The position numbers and the translations under genes were made by a program. A stretch of DNA of 64,000 bases, taken from assembly GCA_041675505.1 (NCBI GenBank), contig JBAYTR010000010.1:67895-131894 (forward strand), in the 5' to 3' direction. Positions 46,788 to 56,661 of the stretch are shown one piece after another (position 1 is the stretch's first letter; the number at the start of each line of letters is the position of its first letter). Source of the stretch: Bacteroidia bacterium. GTDB taxonomy: Bacteria > Bacteroidota > Bacteroidia > UKL13-3. A model generated the notes under the pieces. That model ran no database searches, was not told where the DNA came from, and was given only the letters and a program-made list of their open reading frames with translations.

Positions 46788-49289
46788 CTACAACTTAAAC
46801 TGCAACGACAATTTCACGCCAAATTTACTTGCTTTGGGATGATTTAAATAAGACAGGCGATGAACAAAATCAACACGTAAAAGCCGGAAAATATTTTCTA
46901 TGCCATAGCCTACTTCCCAATAAGGCTTCGATTCTAAAGTATAAAAAGCCACTTTCTTCGGGTCACTAAAGAGTGATGTTGGCAACAAATCAATGTTCTC
47001 TTGTCGCATGCCCCCCCATAAAATTTTGCTGTTGGCAAAGGTGCGCCACTTGAGTCTGCGAACAAGCGGAACACGGTTGGTAATTAATCCTTCGAAATAA
47101 TGTTCATAGGTGGCAGCTACATAATGGTCGCTTACAAACTCAAAAAAGCGCATGAGGTTAAACGTTTGGCTGTTGTACAACAACGATTGATTACCCCGGT
47201 GTATTTCCAAAGCAGGATAAGGCAATCGCGAAAAATAGTTGGCTGCATGTACGGTGTATTTCGCATTACCGAATACCCCTAAACCCAGCTTTTGCTCTAC
47301 ATCAACACTCAACCTGTTCATGTCAAAATCACCACCGGCAATACTGCGGTTACCGTAACTCCAGGAAAGGGTCACCTCAGGTCCGCGATCAACACCTAAG
47401 CTGATGCGTTCGTTGTCGTTTTGCAAAAAAGTTTCACCGTAGGCAAAACGAGTTTCCAGAGTGACGTAGTTAAGTGTATAGTTGGTGTGAATACTTGAAG
47501 TACCGGGTGTTTCGGGAGTTCTGTAATACGAGAAATTAAAATCACCTTCAGGGGCAAAGGAGGTGTTTTGCAGTATAATTTTCTGACTGAAGTTTTTATT
47601 CAGGGAGCGCTCCAGCCACACCCTGTTATCCTCTGTCCAGCCAAACCTGCGTATGCCCGTAATGGTGGAAACGGCATTGAATAAATTATCGCCACTGGCA
47701 TCAGGCTTATCTACTATACCCATGGGGTTTAAATCAACCTTTCGGTAGGCTACCAGTTTGGTCCACGGCTTGCGCGACATGATGTATTCGAACTGTCCTG
47801 AATATTTGAAGCGGTTGTCTTGCTCACCATAGGCTACATAACCTTTCATCACGTACTTTCTGCTAAAGTTGGCGTTGGTTTTTCCACCCGCCCTGAAACG
47901 AAAACCTTCCACCATGTTGTAGCCCAAAACATATATGTAAGGCCCTGCATCAACTTTATTAAAACTATAATATCCGTTTACGGCAATGTCAGCTAACTCG
48001 GCTATGGTTTTAAGTGCAGGTACTTTTTTAACAGAGTCCACCATGCTGTAAACATATTTCTCTTCCTGTGTCAGGGAGTCGTGTCGGGCGGTTGCCCAAT
48101 AACTATCCGTGAAGTTCTGTGCTTCTTCATCCACCTCTATTTTCTGGTCATAAAACCTGGGAGGTTTGGGTTGGTTAAGCACGTAGTTTTTGTGTGAGCT
48201 GTAAAAGCGGGCCAGCATACCTGCAGTAGTTTTACTTACCTGTGCTACATCTACCAGTATGCGTGCTTTGCTTTGTACCCAGGGCCCTTCAACGGTAGGC
48301 ATCAGCTCCTGTTGTATTTTTATTTTTTCAATAAAGTTGAGGTTGGCACCTTTGCCAATTTCCAGCACCACACGCTTTAAAGCAAACGAAGTATCGGCTA
48401 CCCAAATGGTACCGGTAAAGGCCAGGTCTTCTTTTCGTTTGGGGTTTACCTGAATCTCATAGCACCAGTGGTTGTCAATCCACATGGTATCACGTAGCGT
48501 ATAGATGTAATACATATTGCCGCTATTGGCAAGGGGTGATACAAAATCTTTATCCAGAATGCGGTTCCAGTTTTCATAAAAATTGTACTGCTGAAAAGTA
48601 GAACCCAGCAATTGTGACACCAGAGATCCGTCTTCTATTCCTACACCACTCAGGTGGGTGGCACGAATGTACTCTTTGATGCGTTTAGGGGAATTGGCAA
48701 AGTAAAAATCAGAAACTGTTTCAGAAACAAAAACGGGTAATAAAGGTTTTCCATCTTCACCGGAGAGTTTTATTACACTATCCATTAATTCTCTTATGGA
48801 ACGGAATATTTTTTTGTTCTTCATTTTCTCCGAGATGTTATCTACGGATATTTCAATGCGGTTAAACGTTTCGCAATTGTAGGCCAATAACTGATCGGGG
48901 TTGTTTTTACTTTTATGATCCAATACCTGCCGCATAATTTTTAATGCCGGATTTTCTCCCGGTTTAACAACCACTTCATTCAGCAGGTAACCGTCTTCTT
49001 CCATTTGAAAATGGATAATTTGTGTTACCCCTGCTTTCACTTTTTTTGTACGGGGTTTGTAGCCTATAAACGTTACGGTTATGCTATCGGCTTTTTGTGA
49101 GGTGCGTATGCGGTAGTTGCCGTCAAAATCAGTGTTTACACCAATGGTAGTGCCTTTAAAGAATACATTGGCAAAGGGAACAGCTTCGCCCGTGCGGGCA
49201 TCGGTTACCTTGCCCGTTACAATGGTTTCCTGTGCAAAGGCAACCAGGCAAAAAAGACTAAAAAAAAGTAGACCGGATAAACGTTTCAC
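46788..49289 (-). CDS. Carboxypeptidase-regulatory-like domain plus DUF5686-type outer-membrane protein
   Basis: Signal peptide and GKVTDARTGEAVPFANVFF (CarbopepD_reg-like). Large beta-rich protein of 833 aa ending in F. Confidence 0.65.
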   Translation of the reverse strand: MKRLSGLLFFSLFCLVAFAQETIVTGKVTDARTGEAVPFANVFFKGTTIGVNTDFDGNYRIRTSQKADSITVTFIGYKPRTKKVKAGVTQIIHFQMEEDGYLLNEVVVKPGENPALKIMRQVLDHKSKNNPDQLLAYNCETFNRIEISVDNISEKMKNKKIFRSIRELMDSVIKLSGEDGKPLLPVFVSETVSDFYFANSPKRIKEYIRATHLSGVGIEDGSLVSQLLGSTFQQYNFYENWNRILDKDFVSPLANSGNMYYIYTLRDTMWIDNHWCYEIQVNPKRKEDLAFTGTIWVADTSFALKRVVLEIGKGANLNFIEKIKIQQELMPTVEGPWVQSKARILVDVAQVSKTTAGMLARFYSSHKNYVLNQPKPPRFYDQKIEVDEEAQNFTDSYWATARHDSLTQEEKYVYSMVDSVKKVPALKTIAELADIAVNGYYSFNKVDAGPYIYVLGYNMVEGFRFRAGGKTNANFSRKYVMKGYVAYGEQDNRFKYSGQFEYIMSRKPWTKLVAYRKVDLNPMGIVDKPDASGDNLFNAVSTITGIRRFGWTEDNRVWLERSLNKNFSQKIILQNTSFAPEGDFNFSYYRTPETPGTSSIHTNYTLNYVTLETRFAYGETFLQNDNERISLGVDRGPEVTLSWSYGNRSIAGGDFDMNRLSVDVEQKLGLGVFGNAKYTVHAANYFSRLPYPALEIHRGNQSLLYNSQTFNLMRFFEFVSDHYVAATYEHYFEGLITNRVPLVRRLKWRTFANSKILWGGMRQENIDLLPTSLFSDPKKVAFYTLESKPYWEVGYGIENIFRLLRVDFVHRLSYLNHPKASKFGVKLSLQFKL

Positions 49290-49295
49290 CTCAGC

Positions 49296-49958
49296 TTATT
49301 TCTTCACTACTTTCATCCACATTTTTAATGGAAACACGGGGCGGCCGTTGCTTTGGGTGCGCACAGCCATCAGCTTATCCAGTACGTCCAGTCCTTCTAC
49401 AATCTCACCAAAAACAGTGTATTGTTTATCGTAAGAAGGGAGCCCGCCAACGGTAGTATAGAGTTCTCGTTGCGCTTCACTGATGGTATCTTTTTTCTGG
49501 CGCTCAATAATGTTGAGTTCTGAAAGCGAAAACTTTCTGCCCTGTACTATAAAAAACTGTGAACCGTTGGATTCTCTGTTGGGGTTTGCTTTATCGCCTA
49601 CCCTTGAGGCTACCAGTGTGCCTTTTTTGAGGTATAGCCCTTCCACAATTTCTGATTCCAGCGTGTAGCCCGGGCCACCGCCACCCAACACGGCATCGTC
49701 ACTTGCTTCGTAGGAGTTGGGGTCTCCGCCCTCAATAATGGAGCCCGGTTTTACCAAATGAAACAACAGTTCATTGTAGTATTTTTGTTTAACCAGCGAA
49801 ATAAAATTGTCGCGGTGTAAAGGTGTTTCATTGTACAGTTTCACTTTCATGTCACCTGAGTCGGTCATGATAAGCACGTACTTGAATTTTTCCTTTTTTT
49901 GTGCCTGAGCAACCGTGCACAGCACCAGTAAGCCGAAGATGAAAAGCAGTTTTCTCAT
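49296..49958 (-). CDS. Cyclophilin-type peptidyl-prolyl cis-trans isomerase
   Basis: Signal peptide and FHRVI-type core (LFHLVKPGSIIEGGDP...GTLVASR...QFFIV). Confidence 0.85.
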   Translation of the reverse strand: MRKLLFIFGLLVLCTVAQAQKKEKFKYVLIMTDSGDMKVKLYNETPLHRDNFISLVKQKYYNELLFHLVKPGSIIEGGDPNSYEASDDAVLGGGGPGYTLESEIVEGLYLKKGTLVASRVGDKANPNRESNGSQFFIVQGRKFSLSELNIIERQKKDTISEAQRELYTTVGGLPSYDKQYTVFGEIVEGLDVLDKLMAVRTQSNGRPVFPLKMWMKVVKK

Positions 49959-50341
49959 GGGTTTATCGGTATTTGTTCTTCTTCAAAATAACGCACTATG
50001 TGTTTTTTCAAAAATATTTCCTGACTAAACAAATCGTAAGCCGGCAAAGGTTTCTGTAACTCCCACTGCGGCCAACCGTCCTGATCTAAGGCCGTTAACT
50101 GGTAGTAGCCGGAGTAGCTCAGAATTTTGCAGGTAGCAATGTGCATCAGGTCCATCTTTTCTTCTTTGGTGAACTCGCGCAAAGCACCCAACTCCCGCAT
50201 CCCGATTAAAAACAGTACTGCGTTTAAATCAGGTTTTTTGCGAAACTGCTTCTTCAGTGAAAAAGTAATTTGTATATATTTTTCTTTGGTCTCCTCGTCA
50301 ATGGTTTCAAAGACGCGGTCAAAGTAGTGTTCGTTGCTCAT
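49955..50341 (-). CDS. Hypothetical protein
   Basis: 128 aa from the ATG at 50341; 4-bp overlap with the downstream PPIase gene. Confidence 0.45.
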   Translation of the reverse strand: MSNEHYFDRVFETIDEETKEKYIQITFSLKKQFRKKPDLNAVLFLIGMRELGALREFTKEEKMDLMHIATCKILSYSGYYQLTALDQDGWPQWELQKPLPAYDLFSQEIFLKKHIVRYFEEEQIPINP

Positions 50342-50460
50342 GCTAATCGCCAAAGATAGGGAAAATGCAGATTATGCCCTGTTTTTGTGCTCATTTTAGG
50401 GCAAAACAGCGAAAGGGACTGCTGAAACGCAGACCAAAACCAATGAAAGGAAGCAGGTGA

Positions 50461-50667
50461 CTACTCTTTTACCTTGCAGGTGCTTATACCGAAAATCTGG
50501 TACAGCGGGCAATAACTGAGCAGGCTGGTTAAGGTAAACACTGCAGCTAAAGCCAGCAGTACCTTGCCTAAAACTCCGTCAACCACACCGGTAAAGTGAA
50601 GCACTACAAAAACGATTGAAACCAGTATACGAATGATACGGTCGGCATTGCTCATGTTTTTTTTCAT
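50461..50667 (-). CDS. DUF2892 (YgaP-like) small membrane protein
   Basis: N-terminal DRIIRI motif and two TM helices; 68 aa. Confidence 0.65.
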   Translation of the reverse strand: MKKNMSNADRIIRILVSIVFVVLHFTGVVDGVLGKVLLALAAVFTLTSLLSYCPLYQIFGISTCKVKE

Positions 50668-50834
50668 ATCTGATAAATTAAAAAAGTTGTGCTATACCCA
50701 CAGCTATGGCAATACAAACTATACAAGCCAATATAAAACGAATAACCTTGGGCATAACCTTTCTTTGTTCAAAGATGAGCATTTTAGGTAAACAGCAAAA
50801 ATGATTTTCATCAGCTAATGAGATGGGTTAGAGT

Positions 50835-50891
50835 GGGCAAAAGGTGTTTCGCTGTTTCGGAAACTTGGTGTATTTTGCCTTTCTAAAATTA
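50835..50891 (+). promoter_or_regulatory. Conserved 57-bp upstream element, copy A
   Basis: 46 of 57 positions are identical to 51524-51580. It ends just before the downstream start codon. Confidence 0.5.
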
Positions 50892-50937
50892 CGTATGTTT
50901 GTTATACAGTAATTCACATGATGAGTTTTATAGAATA

Positions 50938-51381
50938 ATGCCAATGGCTTTTAGAATCTGCCTTTCTGTACTGTCTCTTTTCTTCATATACGCATGTGAA
51001 ACAACCACAGACCCTGCTTCCAGAAATGATATTACCATTATTAACTCATTCAATCAGGAGGTAACAATTACCCTGTATGAATCAATGTTTACATTCAAGG
51101 TTAAGCCCGGTAAATCCTACACGTATTATCAGGGAGCAGGTGACGGCCCGCCACCTTTGGATTTTAATGGTTCTGACTCCATTGTTGTAACGTTTGCAGA
51201 TGGCAAGAAGAAAGCAGACTATAACTGTAATGATAGAGCAGTTACTTCTATTATTCAGAATTGTCGCGCAGACACTATCAGCTTATTCAACAGCTTTCGC
51301 TATATCTCGCAAGAGTTAAGTAAACACAACTTCATGAATTATTATACTATTACGCAGGAAGATTATAATGAAGCAAAATAA
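50938..51381 (+). CDS. Hypothetical lipoprotein
   Basis: MPMAFRICLSVLSLFFIYAC lipobox. The listed ORF begins at an upstream TTG. Confidence 0.5.
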   Translation: MPMAFRICLSVLSLFFIYACETTTDPASRNDITIINSFNQEVTITLYESMFTFKVKPGKSYTYYQGAGDGPPPLDFNGSDSIVVTFADGKKKADYNCNDRAVTSIIQNCRADTISLFNSFRYISQELSKHNFMNYYTITQEDYNEAK

Positions 51382-51523
51382 TTAAGAGGTTCCAAACAGT
51401 CAGGGAGGATATTCATCCTCCCTTCTTCCAAGAAACACTCCACAAAGCAATACACCTCTCGCAGGATATTTATCCTGCAAGCACAATTCAATTAGAACCT
51501 AACAGCAGCCAGTAACAAGGCCT

Positions 51524-51580
51524 GGGCAAAACGCATTTCGCTGTTTCGCACATTTACCGTATTTTGCCCTTCTAAAATTA
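51524..51580 (+). promoter_or_regulatory. Conserved 57-bp upstream element, copy B
   Basis: Lies immediately 5' of the M1 peptidase ATG at 51592. Confidence 0.5.
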
Positions 51581-51591
51581 TATTTTAACAC

Positions 51592-54030
51592 ATGAAGTTT
51601 TTTGTTTCCCTTTTCGCCATGCTGGCAGTTGTTCAACTGCAGGCACAAACGCTTACCACCCACAACTGTTATGTACGCGACCCCAATGCCAGTCCGCGGG
51701 AGCACAACATTGACATCGAGCGTCAAAAACTGGAGGTAGAGTTTGAACCCGCCAAGGGTTTGGTAAAGGGCAAAGTAACCCACAGCTTTACCGTTATTCA
51801 AAAGCAAGTGGATTCTATATTTTTTGATGGTCCCGGCATTCGTATCCAAGAGGCATCTATAGATGCTCAAACCCTTCGTTACAAAACCAATGCGGAGGGT
51901 GTGTGGGTATATCCGGCCAAAACACTGAACTGGGATGAGAAACATTTTATCACCTTTGTGTACGAGTGTAACCCGCGCAAAGGCATTTATTTCATCGGCT
52001 GGCACAACGATAACAGCAACAAGGGAGACGCCTTTAACCGCACCCGCAACCAGATATGGACACAGGGGCAGGGTATTGATAACCGCCACTGGATACCCAG
52101 CTACGATACACCCAACGACAAAATGCTTACCGAGGTGTTGGTTAAGTTTGATAAGGAGTATCAGGTATTAAGCAACGGAACGGCTTTAGGCATTAAAGAC
52201 AACAAAGACGGCACAAAAACCTGGCACTACAGCATGACCCGCCCGCATGCGAGTTACCTGCTCATGTTGGGCATTGGTAAATATGCGGTGAAATCAACTA
52301 AAAGCACGGCCAGCAAAACACCGGTGCATTTTTGGTACTACCCTGAGTTCAAAGAAAAAGTAGAACTCACCTCCGTTTACACCGAGCGTATGGTAGATTT
52401 TATGGAGAACGAAACCGGCATGAAATACCCTTGGGAAAGTTACTCGCAAATTATGGTGCAGGAGTTTTTATACGGTGCCATGGAAAACACCACGGCTACC
52501 ATTTTCGGAGACTTTATGGCCGTTGACCAACGCCAGTTCATTGATAAAAACTACATTGGTGTTAACTGCCATGAGTTTGTACACCAGTGGTTCGGAGATT
52601 TTATCACCGCCCGTACCTACAACGATACTTGGTTGCAGGAGAGTTATGCTACCTATTATCCCAAAAAGTTTTTCCGCCAGTTGTATGGTGATGAACACTA
52701 TGAATGGCAAAAGCGCGGAGAACAAAATTCCGCTTTAGATGCATCCAAAAAAGACCGTTTGGCCGTTGGTCATTCCAATGGCGGTACTGCACGTGTGTAT
52801 CCTAAAGGTTCATTTGTAATTGGCATGCTCAACTATGTGCTGGGCGAAGAACAATACAAAAGGGGATTAAACCATTACCTCAAAAACCACGCATACGGCA
52901 ATGTACAAACCAACGACCTGATGATGGCCTTTCACGATAAGCTGGGCATTACCCTCGATTGGTTTTTTGACCAGTGGATATACCGTGGTGCAGAGCCACA
53001 CTATGAGGTAAATTATCAGGATATAAAAGGCAGCAGCCGTTACACACAAATTCAGGTAAAACAAATTCAACAGGTAGATGAAGTGGTGGGCTACTTTAAA
53101 ATGCCGGTGGTTTTTGAAGTGAACTATACTGACGGTTCAAAGGAAAGTGTTAAAGAGTGGGTGCAGGGTAACGCTACCACCGTTCAAGTTCCCAACAAGA
53201 ACAACAAAGAAATTGCTTTTGTATTGTTCGATCCCGGGAATGAAATTTTGAGACAGCTCACCTTTAAAAAATCAACAGAGGAATTAAAGGCACAAGCCCT
53301 AAAAGCCGCACACATGATTGACCGCTACGATGCCTTGTTGGGTTTGCGCGAGGTAAGCATCGAGGAGAAGCGTCAAACATTGGTAGAGGTATTTAACAAA
53401 GAAACTTTCCATGCCACACGTAATGAAGTTATCAGCCAACTGGCGAAAGACAAGGATGGAAGGAGCTTGGAAATACTGCGCAAAGCATTTTCGGATAAAG
53501 ACGTGAATGTGCGTCAGGCGGCAGTTAATGCAGTGGATGCACAAGGTGAGTGGGTAGAGTATTTTAAGAAGTCGCTGACCGATTCTTCTTACAACATTAT
53601 CAGAACAGCCTTAACCAAACTAGGCGAACAACAACCCGCTGAAATAAATGCGTGGTTACAAACCACCGACAACCTTTACGGGCACAACCACGACCTGCGC
53701 ATCAAGTGGCTGGAGTTGGCCATTCGCAGCGGCAAGGACAACTACAAAGAGGAACTCATAGGCTACAGTAGCCGTCAGTTTGAGTTCAGAACACGTAATG
53801 CCTGCTTTACTGCACTTAAATCACTTAACCTGTTTAATGAGCAGGTGGCAAATAATTTACTAAATGCCGCCATGAGTCCAAACGGAAGATTAAAAGGCCC
53901 TGCCGTGGAAACCCTACAGTACTTTATGCAGCAATCGGGTGCTATGGGTACACTAAAACAACATTACAACAAAGCCGATTATTCAGCAGAACAAAAAGAC
54001 CTGATTAAGAAAGCCGGTATTAATCTCTGA
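51592..54030 (+). CDS. M1-family zinc aminopeptidase (aminopeptidase N-like) with C-terminal HEAT-like repeats
   Basis: Signal peptide, GAMEN exopeptidase motif and HEFVHQWFGD(X18)E zinc-binding motif; 812 aa. Confidence 0.9.
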   Translation: MKFFVSLFAMLAVVQLQAQTLTTHNCYVRDPNASPREHNIDIERQKLEVEFEPAKGLVKGKVTHSFTVIQKQVDSIFFDGPGIRIQEASIDAQTLRYKTNAEGVWVYPAKTLNWDEKHFITFVYECNPRKGIYFIGWHNDNSNKGDAFNRTRNQIWTQGQGIDNRHWIPSYDTPNDKMLTEVLVKFDKEYQVLSNGTALGIKDNKDGTKTWHYSMTRPHASYLLMLGIGKYAVKSTKSTASKTPVHFWYYPEFKEKVELTSVYTERMVDFMENETGMKYPWESYSQIMVQEFLYGAMENTTATIFGDFMAVDQRQFIDKNYIGVNCHEFVHQWFGDFITARTYNDTWLQESYATYYPKKFFRQLYGDEHYEWQKRGEQNSALDASKKDRLAVGHSNGGTARVYPKGSFVIGMLNYVLGEEQYKRGLNHYLKNHAYGNVQTNDLMMAFHDKLGITLDWFFDQWIYRGAEPHYEVNYQDIKGSSRYTQIQVKQIQQVDEVVGYFKMPVVFEVNYTDGSKESVKEWVQGNATTVQVPNKNNKEIAFVLFDPGNEILRQLTFKKSTEELKAQALKAAHMIDRYDALLGLREVSIEEKRQTLVEVFNKETFHATRNEVISQLAKDKDGRSLEILRKAFSDKDVNVRQAAVNAVDAQGEWVEYFKKSLTDSSYNIIRTALTKLGEQQPAEINAWLQTTDNLYGHNHDLRIKWLELAIRSGKDNYKEELIGYSSRQFEFRTRNACFTALKSLNLFNEQVANNLLNAAMSPNGRLKGPAVETLQYFMQQSGAMGTLKQHYNKADYSAEQKDLIKKAGINL

Positions 54031-54037
54031 TAACACC

Positions 54038-54727
54038 ATGAAAAAAAACTGTGCACTATTCATCATCAGCCTGCTTGCTGCTTTGCCGTTAAAGGCGCAG
54101 GTGAGCAAATACAGGTCTGAAGGCTGGGAGTTGATTCATTCGTTTTCCGAGTATAATGTTGCCGGTAAGCGGGTTGACAATCGTTTGCGATTCTCAGCAT
54201 TTTTTCACGTTAACCAACGCAGGCACTTTGATTTTGGCAAATCCTTCGGAGTGTTTACAGGTTTTGCGGTGCGCAACGTAGGCTTTATTGCCCGTGAAAG
54301 CGATAGCCTTACCGTTAAACGAAGGGTATATACCATGGGCGTTCCGCTGGCTTTTAAGGTGGGCAACATGAGTAAGATGATTTTCTTTTATGCCGGTGGA
54401 GAGGCTGAACTGGCGCTAAACTACAAAGAAAAACACTTTGTTGACGGCAGCAAAGAGAAGAAGTTCAATGAGTGGTTCAGTGAACGTACCCCGTTGTTTA
54501 TGCCCTCGGTTTTCGCAGGGTTTCAGAACAAGAAGGGGTTCAACCTGTGTTTTAAATACTATTTGAATAATTTCTTCAATACCGGCTACAGCCATAGCGG
54601 GGTAAAACCCTATACACTTTCGAAGGCCAATGTGTTTTACGTGTCGGCTTCGTACAGTCGTAAGAACCGCAAAAGCGCACGGACAAAGGACAAAACAACG
54701 GTTAATCCCGTTACATTGGCCCGCTGA
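54038..54727 (+). CDS. Hypothetical outer-membrane beta-barrel protein
   Basis: Signal peptide and alternating amphipathic strands; 229 aa. Confidence 0.5.
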   Translation: MKKNCALFIISLLAALPLKAQVSKYRSEGWELIHSFSEYNVAGKRVDNRLRFSAFFHVNQRRHFDFGKSFGVFTGFAVRNVGFIARESDSLTVKRRVYTMGVPLAFKVGNMSKMIFFYAGGEAELALNYKEKHFVDGSKEKKFNEWFSERTPLFMPSVFAGFQNKKGFNLCFKYYLNNFFNTGYSHSGVKPYTLSKANVFYVSASYSRKNRKSARTKDKTTVNPVTLAR

Positions 54728-54811
54728 AAACGCCTCTTGTTTTTTGCCTGAAAAGCGTATTTTTGCTGCGCTTTAAAAAATGATTAACAATTAAATAGTT
54801 TTTACTACCAT

Positions 54812-56068
54812 ATGCCGTATTTATTTACATCCGAGTCCGTAAGTGAAGGACACCCAGACAAAGTAGCCGATCAGATATCGGATGCACTTATTGACCATTT
54901 TTTGGCTTTTGACCCAGATTCGAAAGTTGCCTGTGAAACACTGGTAACTACAGGACAGGTGGTTTTGGCCGGTGAAGTGAAATCAAAAGCTTACTTAGAC
55001 GTTCAAACCATTGCACGTGATGTAATCAAGAAAATTGGTTACACCAAAAGTGAATACATGTTTGAAGCCAATTCTTGCGGTGTGCTTTCAGCCATCCACG
55101 AACAAAGCGCTGATATCAACCAAGGTGTTGACCGTAAAAAGAAACAAGACCAAGGTGCAGGCGACCAGGGAATGATGTTTGGTTATGCTACCGCTGAAAC
55201 CGAAGACTATATGCCATTGGCACTTGACTTAGCGCACAAGGTATTGATTGAACTGGCTGCATTGCGCAGAGAGAACAAAGCCATCAAGTACCTTCGCCCC
55301 GATGCTAAATCACAGGTAACACTGGAATACAATGATAAGAATGAGCCGGTGCGCATTGACTCTATCGTGGTATCAACCCAACACGATGATTTTGACAGCG
55401 AAGCTAAAATGCTGGCTAAAATCAAAGAAGACATTGTAAAAATTCTTATCCCCCGCGTTAAAGCGAAATATAAGAAGTACGCCAAGTTGTTTAACAACGA
55501 TATCAAGTACCACATTAACCCAACCGGTAAATTCGTAATCGGTGGTCCGCATGGTGATACCGGCTTAACCGGCCGTAAGATTATTGTAGATACGTATGGT
55601 GGTAAAGGTGCACACGGTGGTGGTGCCTTCTCCGGAAAAGATCCTTCCAAAGTTGACCGTTCAGCAGCATATGCTACCCGTCACATTGCCAAAAATCTGG
55701 TAGCTGCCGGTGTGTGTACTGAAGTATTGGTTCAAGTTTCTTACGCCATTGGTGTAAAAGACCCTATGGGCATTTACGTGAATACCTACGGCACAGCAAA
55801 AGTTAAAATGACCGATGGTCAGATTGCCAAAGCAGTGGAGAAGGTATTTGACATGACCCCTTACGGTATTGAAAGCCGCCTTAAACTGCGTAACCCTATT
55901 TACAGCGAAACTGCTGCATACGGACACATGGGTCGCAAAAATGAGGTAGTAACCAAAACCTTTACCGGACCTGATGGTAAGAAGTTCACCAAAAAAGTGG
56001 AACTCTTTACCTGGGAGAAATTAGATTATGTAGAGAAGGTGAAAAAAGCCTTCGGAATCAAAAAATAA
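54812..56068 (+). CDS. metK: S-adenosylmethionine synthetase
   Basis: [14 protein letters not shown]-terminus and GGGAFSGKD motif; 418 aa. Confidence 0.95.
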   Translation: MPYLFTSESVSEGHPDKVADQISDALIDHFLAFDPDSKVACETLVTTGQVVLAGEVKSKAYLDVQTIARDVIKKIGYTKSEYMFEANSCGVLSAIHEQSADINQGVDRKKKQDQGAGDQGMMFGYATAETEDYMPLALDLAHKVLIELAALRRENKAIKYLRPDAKSQVTLEYNDKNEPVRIDSIVVSTQHDDFDSEAKMLAKIKEDIVKILIPRVKAKYKKYAKLFNNDIKYHINPTGKFVIGGPHGDTGLTGRKIIVDTYGGKGAHGGGAFSGKDPSKVDRSAAYATRHIAKNLVAAGVCTEVLVQVSYAIGVKDPMGIYVNTYGTAKVKMTDGQIAKAVEKVFDMTPYGIESRLKLRNPIYSETAAYGHMGRKNEVVTKTFTGPDGKKFTKKVELFTWEKLDYVEKVKKAFGIKK

Positions 56069-56080
56069 AAGTGACTTAAA

Positions 56081-56115
56081 ATAACGCTCCGAATTTTCGG
56101 AGCGTTATTTGTTTA
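56081..56115 (+). terminator. Rho-independent terminator after metK
   Basis: Stem aacgctccg...cggagcgtt followed by atttgttt. Confidence 0.75.
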
Positions 56116-56144
56116 GTGACCATTTATAACATAATACATACCAC

Positions 56145-56522
56145 ATGAAAAAGTCTCTACTCCTAGTTTTGGCTCTTGCCTTGTTTTCTTTTTCTGCCTG
56201 CGATGAAGATGGTACAACCCCGGTAGACACCTCTGCTGAATATTTGGGAAAGCTGGAAGTAAAAGTTTTTGATAACAGCATTAACGTGGTAAGCAACACA
56301 CCGGTTTACCTGTACCGCAACCTGGATGATTTATACAACAACTTTTATTTAGAGGTAGATTACACAGCAGGTTCAGGTATTGCTGAGTTTGGTGAAACCA
56401 TTGAAGGGTTTTATTACCTGCGTACCGGCAGGTACATCTTTAACGAATGGTATGCTGATACCGGTGCCGTGCAAATTATTGGCGGGCAACTCACCAAGCG
56501 AGAAATGTATTTGCATAAGTAA
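56145..56522 (+). CDS. Hypothetical lipoprotein
   Basis: LLLVLALALFSFSAC lipobox; 125 aa. Confidence 0.55.
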   Translation: MKKSLLLVLALALFSFSACDEDGTTPVDTSAEYLGKLEVKVFDNSINVVSNTPVYLYRNLDDLYNNFYLEVDYTAGSGIAEFGETIEGFYYLRTGRYIFNEWYADTGAVQIIGGQLTKREMYLHK

Positions 56523-56661
56523 GCGGGGGATTGTGCTACTAAGGTTTGGCTATAATCAAGTGGCTGCTTTTGAAAACGTCTCTGTCCACAATGACCAAAC
56601 GTAATAGCATTATATTTACTCATCACCCGCCATTGGTTATAGCTTTTGTTCGCAGCGGGCT

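Noticed and set aside
51499-52089. 196-aa minus-strand ORF
   Set aside because: It lies antisense to the start of the well-supported M1 aminopeptidase gene and across the conserved upstream element. The composition looks like antisense shadow and no motif was recognised.
54728-54811. Possible SAM riboswitch upstream of metK
   Set aside because: The leader is only about 85 nt and lacks the conserved SAM-I or SAM-II features I could recognise. It is too short for a SAM-I aptamer.
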